Shown here one piece after another: positions 9,844-19,534 of a stretch of DNA of 64,000 bases (its first letter is position 1; the number at the start of each line of letters is the position of its first letter). Below the pieces are notes generated by a model that saw only the letters and a program-made list of their open reading frames with translations, had not been told where the DNA came from and searched no databases. This DNA is from an uncultured Planctomycetota bacterium. Lineage in GTDB: Bacteria > Planctomycetota > PLA2 > JAEUHO01. The DNA lies in assembly GCA_963752285.1 (NCBI GenBank), contig CAVVXN010000001.1:320001-384000 (forward strand), read 5' to 3'. A program made the position numbers and the translations under genes.

Positions 9844-12669
9844 TCAGGCGGGCTCGACGCGAACCGCGCAGAACTTGAACGACGGGATCTTCCCGAACGG
9901 GTCGAGCTGATCGGCGGTCAGGAGGTTCGCCGCCGCCTCGCGGAAGTGGAACGGGATGAACACGTTCCCGAGCGAGGTGTCCCGGGTCGCGCGCACCCGG
10001 ACCTGGATCTCGTTCCGGCGCGTGACCAGGCGGACGATCGTGCCCGGCGCGATCCCGAGCGTCACGAGGTCGTCCGGGTTCATCTCGCAGAAGGCCTCGG
10101 GCTCGATCTCGTCGAGGACCTTCGTGCGCCGGGTCATCGTGCCCGTGTGCCAGTGCTGGAGCGTCCGGCCCGTGTTCAGGACGAACGGGTACTCGGCGTT
10201 CGGGAGCTCGACCGGCGGAATCGTCTCGGCGGGGGAGAACCGGCCGCGGCCGCTCTTCGTCGGGAACCCGTCGCCGAAGAGGACGACCTCGCCCTCGGTG
10301 TTCTCCGGGTCGGGGCAGGGCCAGAGCTTTCCTCGGCCGCCGAGATGCCGGTACCGGAGGCCGCGGTAGGAGCTCGTGAGGTCCGAGAACTCCACGAAGA
10401 CGTCCTCGACGCGGTCGTAGTGCTGGGGATAGCCCATGCGCGTCATCACGTCGCAGAGGATCTGCCAGTCGAGACGGGCCTCGCCCGGCGGGTCGAGTAC
10501 GACCTGTCCCAGCTGGACGCGGCGGTCGGTGTTCGTGAAGGACCCGTACTTCTCGAAGTAGGAGGTGGCGGGGAGGACGACGTCCGCGACCTCGGCCGTC
10601 TCGGTGAGGAAGATGTCCTGCACCACCAGGAAGTCGAGATTGAGGAACGCGGCGCGGACGCGGGCGACGTTGGGGTCGGAGAGGAACGGGTTCTCGCCGA
10701 GGATGTACATGCCCTTCAGCGTCCCCGCCTCCGCGGCGTGGGCGATCTCGACGACGGTCTTCCCCGGCTTGGGGTCGAGGGGCACGCCCCACGCCTCCTC
10801 GAACCGCGCCCGGTGCGCGGGGTCGGCGACCGACGCGTAATCGGGATAGACCATCGGGATCAGGCCGGCGTCGCTCGCGCCCTGGACGTTGTTCTGGCCG
10901 CGGAGCGGGTGGAGACCCGTGCCCGGGCGCCCGACGTTCCCCGTGAGGAGGCAGAGGTTGATGAGGCTCCGCGCGTTGTCGGTGCCGTGGATGTGCTGCG
11001 AGATGCCCATGCCCCAGAAGACGAGCATGGCCCGCGCGTTGCCGATCACGCGGGCGATCTCGCGGATCCGGTCGGCGTCCACGCCGGTGATCGGCGCGGC
11101 GACCTCGGGCGTGTACCGGCTCACGAGCTCCCGCAGGGCGTCGAAGTTCTCGGTGTGACGCGCGATGTAGTCGTGGTCCTCCAGGCCCTCCTCGAGGATC
11201 ACGTTCATGATCGCGTTGTAGAAGGTGACGTCCGCGCCCGACTGGAGCCGCACGTAGGCCCACGCGTGGTCCGCGAGCTGGGGTCGGTGCGGGTTCACCA
11301 CGATCAGCTTCGTCCCGCGCCGTGCGGCTTCCTTCATGAAGGTCGCCGCGACGGGGTGGTTCGACGTCGTGTTCGTGCCCGTCACGAGGGCCACGTCGGA
11401 GTTGAGTACGTCCTTGTAGACGGTGGTGACCGCGCCGGAGCCGATCGTCTCGAGGAGCGCGGCGACGCTCGACGCGTGGCACAGCCGCGTGCAGTGGTCC
11501 ACGTTGTTCGTGCGGAACACCGCGCGGACCATCTTCTGGAAGAGGTACGCCTCCTCGTTCGAGCACTTCGCGCTCCCGAAACCCGCGAGCGCCTGGGGAC
11601 CGTGCGTGTCCCGGATCGACGTGAGACGCTTCGCGACGAGGTCGAGCGCCTCGTCCCAGGTCGCCTCGCGGAACGCGGACAGGCAGGCCCCGTAGTCGCG
11701 GTAGACCCCGTCCTTCGGGCGCTGGCCGTCGCCGATGCCCTGCATGTGCGCCGAGAGGGGGCGCTTCGGGTAGGCCCCCTCCTTCCGGATCAGGGGCTTC
11801 GTCAGGCGGTGGGGGTGCGTGGCGTAGTCGAATCCGTAGCGGCCCTTCACGCAGAGCCGGCCCTCGTTCGCACTCGGGGCCCGGCCCGACGTGAACACGA
11901 CGCGGTTCTGCGAGCGGTCCACGTGGTACGTGAGCGCGCAGCCCACCCCACAGTACGGGCAGACCGAGTCCACCTGGTCGAGCGCATGGTGCGCGTCCGG
12001 CTCGACGGTGATCGTCTTGTTCACGAGCGCGCTCGTCGGGCAGACCGACACGCACTCGCCGCACTCGACGCACGTGGACGTCCCCATCGGGGCGTCCAGG
12101 TCGAAGGCGATCCGCGCCCCGTAGCCCTTCCCGGTCCGGCCGATCACGTCGTTGTGCTGCACCTCGTCGCACGCCCGGATGCACCGGTCGCAGAGGATGC
12201 ACGCCTGGTGGTCCACGCGGATCACGGTCGAGGAGAGGTCGTCGGGCCGGGAGTTCCCGTGCGGCCAGCGCCCGCCGTCCGCGTCGAGCTCGCGTGCGAG
12301 GTCCATCAGCGCGTCGTCGCCGGTGCGGGCCTCCCGGCGGCTCTCCGGCGGCTGGTCCGAGAGCAGGAGCTCGGTCAAGACCTTTCGGTGGCGTCGGACG
12401 AGCGGCGAGTGCGTGTGGACGCGCATGCCGGGGGCCACGGTCCGCACGCACGACGCCTGGAGCGTCCGCTGCCCCTCCACCTCGACCACGCACATGCGGC
12501 AGACCCCGACCGGCCTCAGCCCGGGCTGGTGGCAGAGGACCGGGATGTCGATGCCCAGCCCGCGCGCGGCCTCGAAGATCGTGCTCTCCGGGGGAACGTG
12601 GACCTCGCGGCCGTCGATCGTGAGCGACACGGTCGGGGGCGCGGAGGTCGTGGCGGTGGGGGGGGTCAT
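9844..12669 (-). CDS. fdhF: Formate dehydrogenase alpha subunit (Cys-ligated; N-terminal 2Fe-2S and 4Fe-4S domains; resembles W-dependent FDH1 alpha)
   Basis: LCHQPG..GVCRMCVV..SC, CILCDRC, CVECGEC, CPYCGVGC..LCVKG, NNVDHCTRLCHASS, PLRGQNNVQG, C-terminal KIPSFKFCAV. Confidence 0.92.
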   Translation of the reverse strand: MTPPTATTSAPPTVSLTIDGREVHVPPESTIFEAARGLGIDIPVLCHQPGLRPVGVCRMCVVEVEGQRTLQASCVRTVAPGMRVHTHSPLVRRHRKVLTELLLSDQPPESRREARTGDDALMDLARELDADGGRWPHGNSRPDDLSSTVIRVDHQACILCDRCIRACDEVQHNDVIGRTGKGYGARIAFDLDAPMGTSTCVECGECVSVCPTSALVNKTITVEPDAHHALDQVDSVCPYCGVGCALTYHVDRSQNRVVFTSGRAPSANEGRLCVKGRYGFDYATHPHRLTKPLIRKEGAYPKRPLSAHMQGIGDGQRPKDGVYRDYGACLSAFREATWDEALDLVAKRLTSIRDTHGPQALAGFGSAKCSNEEAYLFQKMVRAVFRTNNVDHCTRLCHASSVAALLETIGSGAVTTVYKDVLNSDVALVTGTNTTSNHPVAATFMKEAARRGTKLIVVNPHRPQLADHAWAYVRLQSGADVTFYNAIMNVILEEGLEDHDYIARHTENFDALRELVSRYTPEVAAPITGVDADRIREIARVIGNARAMLVFWGMGISQHIHGTDNARSLINLCLLTGNVGRPGTGLHPLRGQNNVQGASDAGLIPMVYPDYASVADPAHRARFEEAWGVPLDPKPGKTVVEIAHAAEAGTLKGMYILGENPFLSDPNVARVRAAFLNLDFLVVQDIFLTETAEVADVVLPATSYFEKYGSFTNTDRRVQLGQVVLDPPGEARLDWQILCDVMTRMGYPQHYDRVEDVFVEFSDLTSSYRGLRYRHLGGRGKLWPCPDPENTEGEVVLFGDGFPTKSGRGRFSPAETIPPVELPNAEYPFVLNTGRTLQHWHTGTMTRRTKVLDEIEPEAFCEMNPDDLVTLGIAPGTIVRLVTRRNEIQVRVRATRDTSLGNVFIPFHFREAAANLLTADQLDPFGKIPSFKFCAVRVEPA

Positions 12670-14497
12670 CCTGGCTCTCGCTCTCTCGGGCCGGCGGGTT
12701 CCCGGAGGAGGAGGTCCTCGAGCCCGAGGGCGCGGACCTCGTCGTCGGGCACCAGGCCCCGGGCCGTCCAACCCCGGGCCTGGTAATAGGTTGCGATCAT
12801 ACGCGCGAGATCCTGGGCGCTCAACGCGGCCCCGGCCGACGGGCCGGCGCGGAGCGGCTCGGCGAGGAATCGGGGGGGAGCGTGTCCTCCTCCCGCGTCC
12901 AGCCCTCCCGCACGTTGAAGAGCTTCTTCGCCGTGACGATCCGCCGCGCCGTTCGTTCGAGCTCGGCGCGGTCCACGTCGAAGCCCGTCACCGCGGCGAG
13001 CATCGCGGCCGCCTCCTCGTAGAGGTCGGGGATCGCGCCGCGCAGGAACTTGCAGAGGATCAGGCTGTCCAGCAGCGCGGCGCGGTCCTCCGTCCGGGCG
13101 GCGGCCGGGCCCTTCGACTCGTCCGCGCGGAGACGGTCGGACCCGGCGCGGAAGTCCTCCTCGTAGGCGCCGCTTCGGTTGTGGTCGGCGCCCCGCGTCG
13201 AGACGGCGAGCCCCACGGCCATCGCCTGGAGCGCGCGCGGCTCGTAGCCGGGCAGCTCGAGGCCCTTCACGTGGCAGGCGAAGCCCTCGGCGCCGTGCCC
13301 GATCGCCTGCGCCGCGCGGCGCGAGCCCTCGGCCAGGAGGTCGCCGACGCCCTCGCGTCGTGCGATCCGCTCGAGCAGGTCGAGCGCTCCGGGGCCGTCG
13401 CCGAACGCGGGGACGTCCCCGAGGAGCCCCCGTTCGCCGCACTCCATCGCGAACGCGATGGTGCCGCCCGCGGAGATGACGTCCACGCCGTGCTCGTCGC
13501 ACCGGCGGGCCAGCGCGAGCACGACATCCCGGTCGTCCACGCCGAGGAGCGGGCCCAGCGCGAAGAGGCCCTCGTACTCCAGGCGGACCGGGCCGTCCGC
13601 GGACGGGAAGAGGTGCTCGCAGCCGATGGTGCAGCCCACGCAGTGGTGGCGCACCGCACCCTGCATCGCGTGGAGGGCCTCGCCCGAGACCGACTCGGCA
13701 CCGGCGAACGTGGCGTCCTGGAAGTTCCGCGTCGGGAGCGCGCCGAGCCGGTTGAAGACGAGCAGGTTCGCGACCGTGCCGAGGTGTCGGTACTTCGCGG
13801 TGCCCTCCCCGAGGGAACGGCGCGAGAGGTCGCGTGCGAGCTCGATCACGCGGTCGGGGTCGGCGAGCGGCGTTTGGAGAACGCCGTGGGCCGCGATCCC
13901 CTTCACGCGCTTCGCGCCGAGCACGGCCCCCAGGCCGCCGCGGCCGGCGTGGCGCCGGTCGCCGGAGATCGTGGCGTAGCGGACGAGGCGCTCGCCCGCG
14001 GGCCCGATCCCGAAGAAGCGGTACGACGGCCCGAGACGCTCCCGGACGAGGCCCTCCGCGGCCTCGGAAGAGCGCCCGACGAGGTCCCGCGCGTCCTCGA
14101 GCCGGACGCCGCCCTCGTCCACGACGAGGAGCGACCACGCCGGCGCGGCGCCTCGGATCACGAGGGCGTCGATCCCCGTGGCCTTGAGCTCGACGGCGAA
14201 GCGGTCGCTCGCGAGCGCGTCCGAGATGCGGTCGGTGAGGGGCGACTTCGCCAGGACCGCGAACTTCGCGCTGGTGGTGAGGGGGCTCCCGACGAGGGGC
14301 GAGAGCGCGAGCACGAGCGCGGCCTCGGGCGCGAGGGGGTCCACCCCCGGCGGGTCGGCCTTCGCGAGGAGCCACGTGCCGAGGCCCACGCCGCCCACGA
14401 AACGGCGGAGCACCTCCTCGGCGAGCGGGACCCGCTCCGCGCGACCCGACGCCAGGTCCACGAAGAGCGCCGCGCCGTGGTACCCGCCCCTCAACAT
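12666..14497 (-). CDS. aor: Aldehyde ferredoxin oxidoreductase (AOR/WOR family tungstoenzyme); frameshifted at about 12872-12878
   Basis: KSPLT, GRGGLGAVLGAK, CVGCTIGC, EYEGL, DEHGVDVIS, HVKGLELPGYEPR, STRGADH, DSLILCKF. The natural C-terminus (PRFLAEP...YYQARGW) continues in another frame to a stop at 12666 that overlaps the FDH ATG. Confidence 0.88.
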
Positions 14498-14597
14498 ACG
14501 GAGCCAGAGCAATTTGTCCGAATCAGGCGCGGCCGAGGCGTCCGGTTCGACAGGGCGTTCCGGGCCGAGTGGGACAAATTGCTCTGGCTCCGTATGT
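14494..14597. repeat. Perfect 26-bp inverted repeat with 52-bp spacer (MITE/REP-like or regulatory hairpin)
   Basis: acatacggagccagagcaatttgtcc (14494-14519) is the exact reverse complement of ggacaaattgctctggctccgtatgt (14572-14597). Confidence 0.9.
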
Positions 14598-14614
14598 ACC
14601 TATGAGGGGGAGTA

Positions 14615-16693
14615 TCAGCCCAGGCCCAGGCCTCCGGTTCGGGCGAAGCCGAGCGCCTCCGCCAGCGTCACCTCCAGCTGCGCCAGGGTGTACGGCTTCT
14701 GGAGGAACCCCGCGATGCGCCCGCCGTGCGGCAGGGTCGCCTGCACGAGGTGCTCCGTGTGGCCCGAGGAGAGCACGATGCGGGCGGCGGGGTCGAGCTC
14801 GAACAGCGCCTCGCTCGCCTCGACGCCCGACATCTCGGGCATCGTGACGTCGAGGAGCACGAGCTCGAACGGCTCCGTCCGGTGCTCGAAGGTCCGGAGC
14901 GCCTCCTCCCCGCTCTCGACCGAGACGACGCTGCAGCCGAGCGAGCGCAGCATCTCCTCGGCGACGGCCCGCACCATCGGGTCGTCCTCGACCAGGAGCA
15001 CGCGCGGACGGCCCAGACGGCCGACCGGCGCGGGAGGCGACGCGGGCAAGGGGGGCAAGGCGGGCACGTCCGCCCGCGGGAGGAGGACCTCGATCGTGGT
15101 GCCGCGGCCCGGCGCGCTCTCGATGTCGATCGCGCCCCGGTGGCGCTTCACGATGCCGAGCACGGCGGCGAGCCCGAGGCCCGAGCCGGTGGGCTTGGTC
15201 GAGAAGTACGGATCGAACAGGCGGCGGCGCGTCGCCTCCGGCATGCCGTGCCCGTCGTCGCGGACGCGGAGCAGGACGTAGTCTCCCGGCGGGTGCGCGC
15301 CCGTCCGTTCGCAGGTCCAACCCCGCTCCCGGACCTCGTTGGCCGCCTCGATGCAGAGCGTCCCCCCGCGTCCGAGGGCCTCGACGGCGTTCTGCGCGAG
15401 GTTCAGGAGCACCTGGCCCATCTGCACCCGGTCGGCGAGGACGGTCCAGCCGGTCTCCGGGAGCTCCACGTCGAGCTGGTGGCGCGGGCCGAGCATCCCG
15501 CGGATCAGCATCAGGTTGTCGCGCACGATGCGCGTCATCGTGAGCGGGCGCGGCTCGGAGTGGACGCCGCGCGCGATCGCGAGCAGCTGCCCCGTCAGGT
15601 GCGCGAGCCGATCGGCGGAGGCGGCGATGCGGTCGCACTGCCGCGAGGCCTCGCCGACCGTCGGGACGTGGCGGCGCAGGAGCCCCACGGACCCGATGAT
15701 CCCCATCAGGATGTTGTTGAAGTCGTGCGCGACGCCTCCGGCGATCGCGACGATGCTCTCCTCCTTCTGCTGCTCCAGGAGGCGGCGGAACAGCCGCTTC
15801 TTCTCGGTCACGTCCTGGGTCACCGTCAGGAGGCCGAGACGGCCGCGGTAGTGGAAGGCCGTCCCGTGCACCTCGGCGTCGAACTCCGAGCCGTCCTTGC
15901 GCACATCCCGGGCCTCGACACGGAACGCGAAGCCCTCGGCGATCCTCGACAGGAACCGGTCGCACGTGGCGTGGAAGTCGGATCGAAGGAGGTCCCTCAC
16001 CGAAGACCCGACGAGCTCCGCGTACTCGTATCCGTACAGTCGGCACGCCGCGGTGTTCGTCTCGACGATACGGCCGTCGGCGTCGAGCACGATGAGCGCG
16101 TCGCTCGTGGCGTTGAACACGCTGCGATACGCCTCCTCGCTCTCGCGAAGGCGCAGCGACCAGAACCGGTTCTCGACGATCTTCGCGACGACGTTGACGT
16201 ACCGGTCCACGTCCTCGACCTGCCGGAAGACCTCGGCATCGGGCCGGTCGCCGCTCCTCGGGTTGTCGAGGGAGACCATCCCGAGGATGTCGTCGTCCCA
16301 GCTCCGCATGAAGACGACCAGCCGGTCGTCCGGGTCCCAGCTCCCCTCCACGCTGCGCCCCGGGATGTACGCCACCCCGGCGGGCGGGCCCTCGCCGGCC
16401 GGGAGGAAGCAGACGTTCGTCCCCGGGCGGCCGAAGCGGAGGATCATCTCGCGCTTCCCGCGGCGCTTCTCCTCGGGCGTCGAGCGAAACGACGTCCGGA
16501 AGCGCTCCTTCACGTCGGCGGGGCACCCGGCCGCGCCGTAGAAGGCGGAGTCCGCCATGTAGAAGGTGACGAGCGCCGTCTCGAACGCCGTGTAGGCCAC
16601 GATGACCCGGGCGACGTGGTCGAGCAGGTCCTCCAGGTCGTCATACCGGTGGACCTCGCCGAGCGAGTCGAACAGCGCACGAGACACAGACAC
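14615..16693 (-). CDS. Hybrid sensor histidine kinase (GAF-like, PAS, HisKA, HATPase, REC); start approximate
   Basis: AGGVAHDFNNIL H-box, QVLLNLAQNA N-box, DDGHGM, TKPTGSGLGLA, REC LLVEDD...DVTMPEMSG...KP. Confidence 0.92.
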   Translation of the reverse strand: MSVSRALFDSLGEVHRYDDLEDLLDHVARVIVAYTAFETALVTFYMADSAFYGAAGCPADVKERFRTSFRSTPEEKRRGKREMILRFGRPGTNVCFLPAGEGPPAGVAYIPGRSVEGSWDPDDRLVVFMRSWDDDILGMVSLDNPRSGDRPDAEVFRQVEDVDRYVNVVAKIVENRFWSLRLRESEEAYRSVFNATSDALIVLDADGRIVETNTAACRLYGYEYAELVGSSVRDLLRSDFHATCDRFLSRIAEGFAFRVEARDVRKDGSEFDAEVHGTAFHYRGRLGLLTVTQDVTEKKRLFRRLLEQQKEESIVAIAGGVAHDFNNILMGIIGSVGLLRRHVPTVGEASRQCDRIAASADRLAHLTGQLLAIARGVHSEPRPLTMTRIVRDNLMLIRGMLGPRHQLDVELPETGWTVLADRVQMGQVLLNLAQNAVEALGRGGTLCIEAANEVRERGWTCERTGAHPPGDYVLLRVRDDGHGMPEATRRRLFDPYFSTKPTGSGLGLAAVLGIVKRHRGAIDIESAPGRGTTIEVLLPRADVPALPPLPASPPAPVGRLGRPRVLLVEDDPMVRAVAEEMLRSLGCSVVSVESGEEALRTFEHRTEPFELVLLDVTMPEMSGVEASEALFELDPAARIVLSSGHTEHLVQATLPHGGRIAGFLQKPYTLAQLEVTLAEALGFARTGGLGLG

Positions 16694-16918
16694 TCCCGGA
16701 GCAGCTCCCCCGGCCGGCGGCCGAGGACGTCCGCTCCCACGCGGGACGGGACGTTCACTCCGCGCGGGCACGGACCTCGATCAGTCAGGGGAGAAGGGAT
16801 ACGTGCGCCACCGGCCTCGCGCAACGGGCAAGGCCGCGCGACCCAGGAACTGGGCCGGCGGGTCCGCGGGCGGGCTCCGGCGGGGGGATGGCGTATCGTG
16901 GCGCCGCGCGGAGGCAGG

Positions 16919-17299
16919 ATGACCTGGATCTGGATCGGGGTCGGAGGCGCGGCGGGCGCGCTCGCACGGTACGTGGCGAGCGGCTGGGTCCAGGGCGCCT
17001 CGCCCTCGTCGTTCCCCTGGGGCACGTTCGCGGTGAACGTGGTCGGCTGCTTCGCGATCGGCCTCCTCGCCGGCCTGCTCTCGGGTCCCGCGCTCGTCCG
17101 ACCCGAGGTGCGGCTGGGGCTCCTCGTCGGCTTCCTCGGCGCCTTCACCACGTTCTCCACGTACGCATACGAGACGCTGGAGCTCGGAGCGGCGGGGCAG
17201 TGGGCCTGGTGTCTCTGGAACGTACTGCTCGCGAACGGCCTCGGCCTCGTCGCGGTGTGGGCTGGTGATCGCCTCGCGGCGATCCTCACGAGAGGATGA
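16919..17299 (+). CDS. crcB: Fluoride efflux channel Fluc/CrcB
   Basis: GGAAGALARY, FPWGTFAVN, GFLGAFTTFSTY; four TM helices. Confidence 0.93.
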   Translation: MTWIWIGVGGAAGALARYVASGWVQGASPSSFPWGTFAVNVVGCFAIGLLAGLLSGPALVRPEVRLGLLVGFLGAFTTFSTYAYETLELGAAGQWAWCLWNVLLANGLGLVAVWAGDRLAAILTRG

Positions 17300-17652
17300 G
17301 ATCCATGATGGAGATCCCGCAGGACGGCCGGCTCTTGCGCATCTTCCTCGGTGAGAGCGATCTCTGGGAGGGCCGTCCGCTCTACGAAGCGATCGTCCTC
17401 GAGGCGCGGGCACGCGGTCTCGCCGGCGCGACGGTGTTGCGCGCCTCGATGGGCTTCGGGAAGGCCAGCCGTCTCCACACCGCGAAGGTGCTCCGGCTCT
17501 CGGGCGACCTCCCGATCGTCATCGAGATCGCCGACGCCGCCGAGAAGATCGACGCCTTCCTGCCGCTCTTGGAACCCATGATGCAGGGCGGGCTCGTCAC
17601 GCTCGAGAAGGTGCAGGTCATCCGCTACCACCACGGCCGCGAAGACCGCTGA
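17296..17652 (+). CDS. DUF190 family PII-like protein
   Basis: LRIFLGESD, GLAGATVLR..MGFG, LSGDLPIVIEI; usual partner downstream of crcB. Confidence 0.88.
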   Translation: MRSMMEIPQDGRLLRIFLGESDLWEGRPLYEAIVLEARARGLAGATVLRASMGFGKASRLHTAKVLRLSGDLPIVIEIADAAEKIDAFLPLLEPMMQGGLVTLEKVQVIRYHHGREDR

Positions 17653-17909
17653 CACCGCGCGTACGGGGCCGCGCGCGGGCGCGAGGTTGTCGCATCGGCA
17701 CGAAGGGGCGGAAGGTCCCGTGCGCGTCGTGCCGCATCGGCACGGGTCGGGCGTCGGAGAGCCCGGATCCAAACACCGGCGCGTACGTGTCGTAGTCCTT
17801 CACCAGAAAGACATTTCCGCGCCGGGCGTCGCCGGCTTCCCCCTCGAGCGGGAGACCCCGGCGACGCCGCGCGATCGGGGTGCGACCTGCCCCCGGAAAG
17901 GAGATCCTC

Positions 17910-19406
17910 ATGAACAGGTTGCGGAAGGGTTCCGCGACCGCCCTCGTGGTCGCGAGCCTCGCGGCCGCGGCGCTCGTCGCCGTACCGGCGCTCGGCGGAA
18001 CCGACGGCACGAACACGGCGAACCGACCGCAGACTTCGCCGGTCCTCGGAGCCGGCGCCCGGGCGCCCACCCCGAACGAGGCGTCGTCGGGCATCGCCGT
18101 CGCGAAGGACCTCGGCAACGCGTTCGCCGAGATCGCGTCCCAGGCGCGACCCGCGGTCGTATCGATCCAGGTCGAGACGAAGCCCCAGCATCCGACGGCT
18201 TCGTTCCCCGACCTCCGTAGGTTCGGCCTTCCCTTCGACATGCCCGTCCCCTCGACCCCCCGGGTCGGACAGGGGTCCGGGTTCGTGGTCTCGAAGGACG
18301 GCCTGATCCTCACGAACTTCCACGTGGTGAAGGACGCGACGCATGTGACCGTGCGGTTCGCCGACGGCTCGGAGGTGGATGCGAAGGTGCTCGGCACCGA
18401 CCCCACCACCGACATCGCGCTCATCCAGGTGCCGCGGAAGGACCTCTCGTACCTCCGGTTCGCCGACTCCGACCGGACCCGTGTCGGGGACTGGGTGGTC
18501 GCGATCGGATCGCCGTTCGGTCTCACGCAGAGCGTGAGCGCCGGCATCGTGAGCGCGAAGGGTCGGAACGAGGTCGGGATCAACGACCTCGAGGACTTCA
18601 TCCAGACCGACGCCGCGATCAACCCCGGCAACTCCGGCGGGCCGCTCCTCGACCTGCAGGGCCGGGTCATCGGGATGAACTCGGCGATCCTCAGCCGCAG
18701 CGGCGGGAACGTCGGGATCGGGTTCGCGGTCCCGTCGAACCTCGTCCAGCAGATCGAGACGCACCTTGCGAAGGAAGGCCACGTGACGCGCGGCTTCCTG
18801 GGCGTCGGCATCCAGGACCTCACCTCGGACCTCGCCGCCGCCATGGGGATGGACACCCTGCACGGTGCGCTCGTGTCCTCGGTGGAGCCCGACAGCCCGG
18901 CCGCGAAGGCCGGCGTCGAGCCCGGGGACGTCGTCCTCGAGGTGGACGGCCACGCGGTCCTCGGCTCCGGTGCCCTCCGAAACGCGATCGGGCTCCGCGC
19001 GCCCGGCTCCGAGGTGAAGCTCACGGTGCTGCGCGGCAAGCAGCAGCAGGAGCTCGACGCGACCCTCGGCGAGCGGCCGGGCGGCCAGCAGGCCGCCGAA
19101 GGCGCGAACGAGCACGCTGAGGCACTCGGTCTCCAGGTCCAGGACCTGACCCCCGACATCCAAAAGGAGCTCGGTGTGGACGCGTCCAAGGGCGCCGTCG
19201 TGACCGCCGTCGAGCCCGGCTCGGCGGCCGCGCGGGCGGGGCTCGCGGAGGGCATGGTGATCGTCAGCGCGGACCGACAGGACGTCCAAGGCGCCGACGA
19301 CCTGGCCAAGCGGATCGACCAGGCGAAGACGAGCTCGAACGACCGGATCCTGCTCCGCGTGATCACGGACCACGGGGCTCGGTGGATCGTGCTGCATATG
19401 TCGTGA
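17910..19406 (+). CDS. degP: DegP/DegQ (Do family) serine endoprotease with two PDZ domains
   Basis: GSGFVV, TNFHVV, TDIAL, IQTDAAINPGNSGGPL; two PDZ domains; AAGGAG RBS. Confidence 0.93.
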   Translation: MNRLRKGSATALVVASLAAAALVAVPALGGTDGTNTANRPQTSPVLGAGARAPTPNEASSGIAVAKDLGNAFAEIASQARPAVVSIQVETKPQHPTASFPDLRRFGLPFDMPVPSTPRVGQGSGFVVSKDGLILTNFHVVKDATHVTVRFADGSEVDAKVLGTDPTTDIALIQVPRKDLSYLRFADSDRTRVGDWVVAIGSPFGLTQSVSAGIVSAKGRNEVGINDLEDFIQTDAAINPGNSGGPLLDLQGRVIGMNSAILSRSGGNVGIGFAVPSNLVQQIETHLAKEGHVTRGFLGVGIQDLTSDLAAAMGMDTLHGALVSSVEPDSPAAKAGVEPGDVVLEVDGHAVLGSGALRNAIGLRAPGSEVKLTVLRGKQQQELDATLGERPGGQQAAEGANEHAEALGLQVQDLTPDIQKELGVDASKGAVVTAVEPGSAAARAGLAEGMVIVSADRQDVQGADDLAKRIDQAKTSSNDRILLRVITDHGARWIVLHMS

Positions 19407-19436
19407 TGACGGGCTGACCGATGCAAGGATGAATGC

Positions 19437-19480
19437 ACGCCCCGCCGACCCGCTTGCGGCCGGCGGGGCGTTCCCCTTTC
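19437..19480 (+). terminator. Probable intrinsic terminator after degP
   Basis: acgccccgccg / cggcggggcgt stem followed by tcccctttc. Confidence 0.55.
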
Positions 19481-19534
19481 GTCGGGGATCGCCGCGCCTG
19501 AGCGTGGACCGCGCGTCGCGCGTCCGGCGGGTGC

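Noticed and set aside
11470..11510. Selenocysteine/SECIS in FDH
   Set aside because: The active-site codon is Cys (RLCH) and the ORF has no in-frame UGA
14494..14614. Moco/Wco riboswitch before aor
   Set aside because: A single long perfect stem does not match the multi-stem Moco RNA motif as I recall it; needs cmsearch to exclude formally
16860..16918. Fluoride riboswitch upstream of crcB
   Set aside because: GGGGATGGCG resembles its 5' part, but the complementary CxCC, AAC and GATGAC elements are missing; TATCGT looks more like a -10 box
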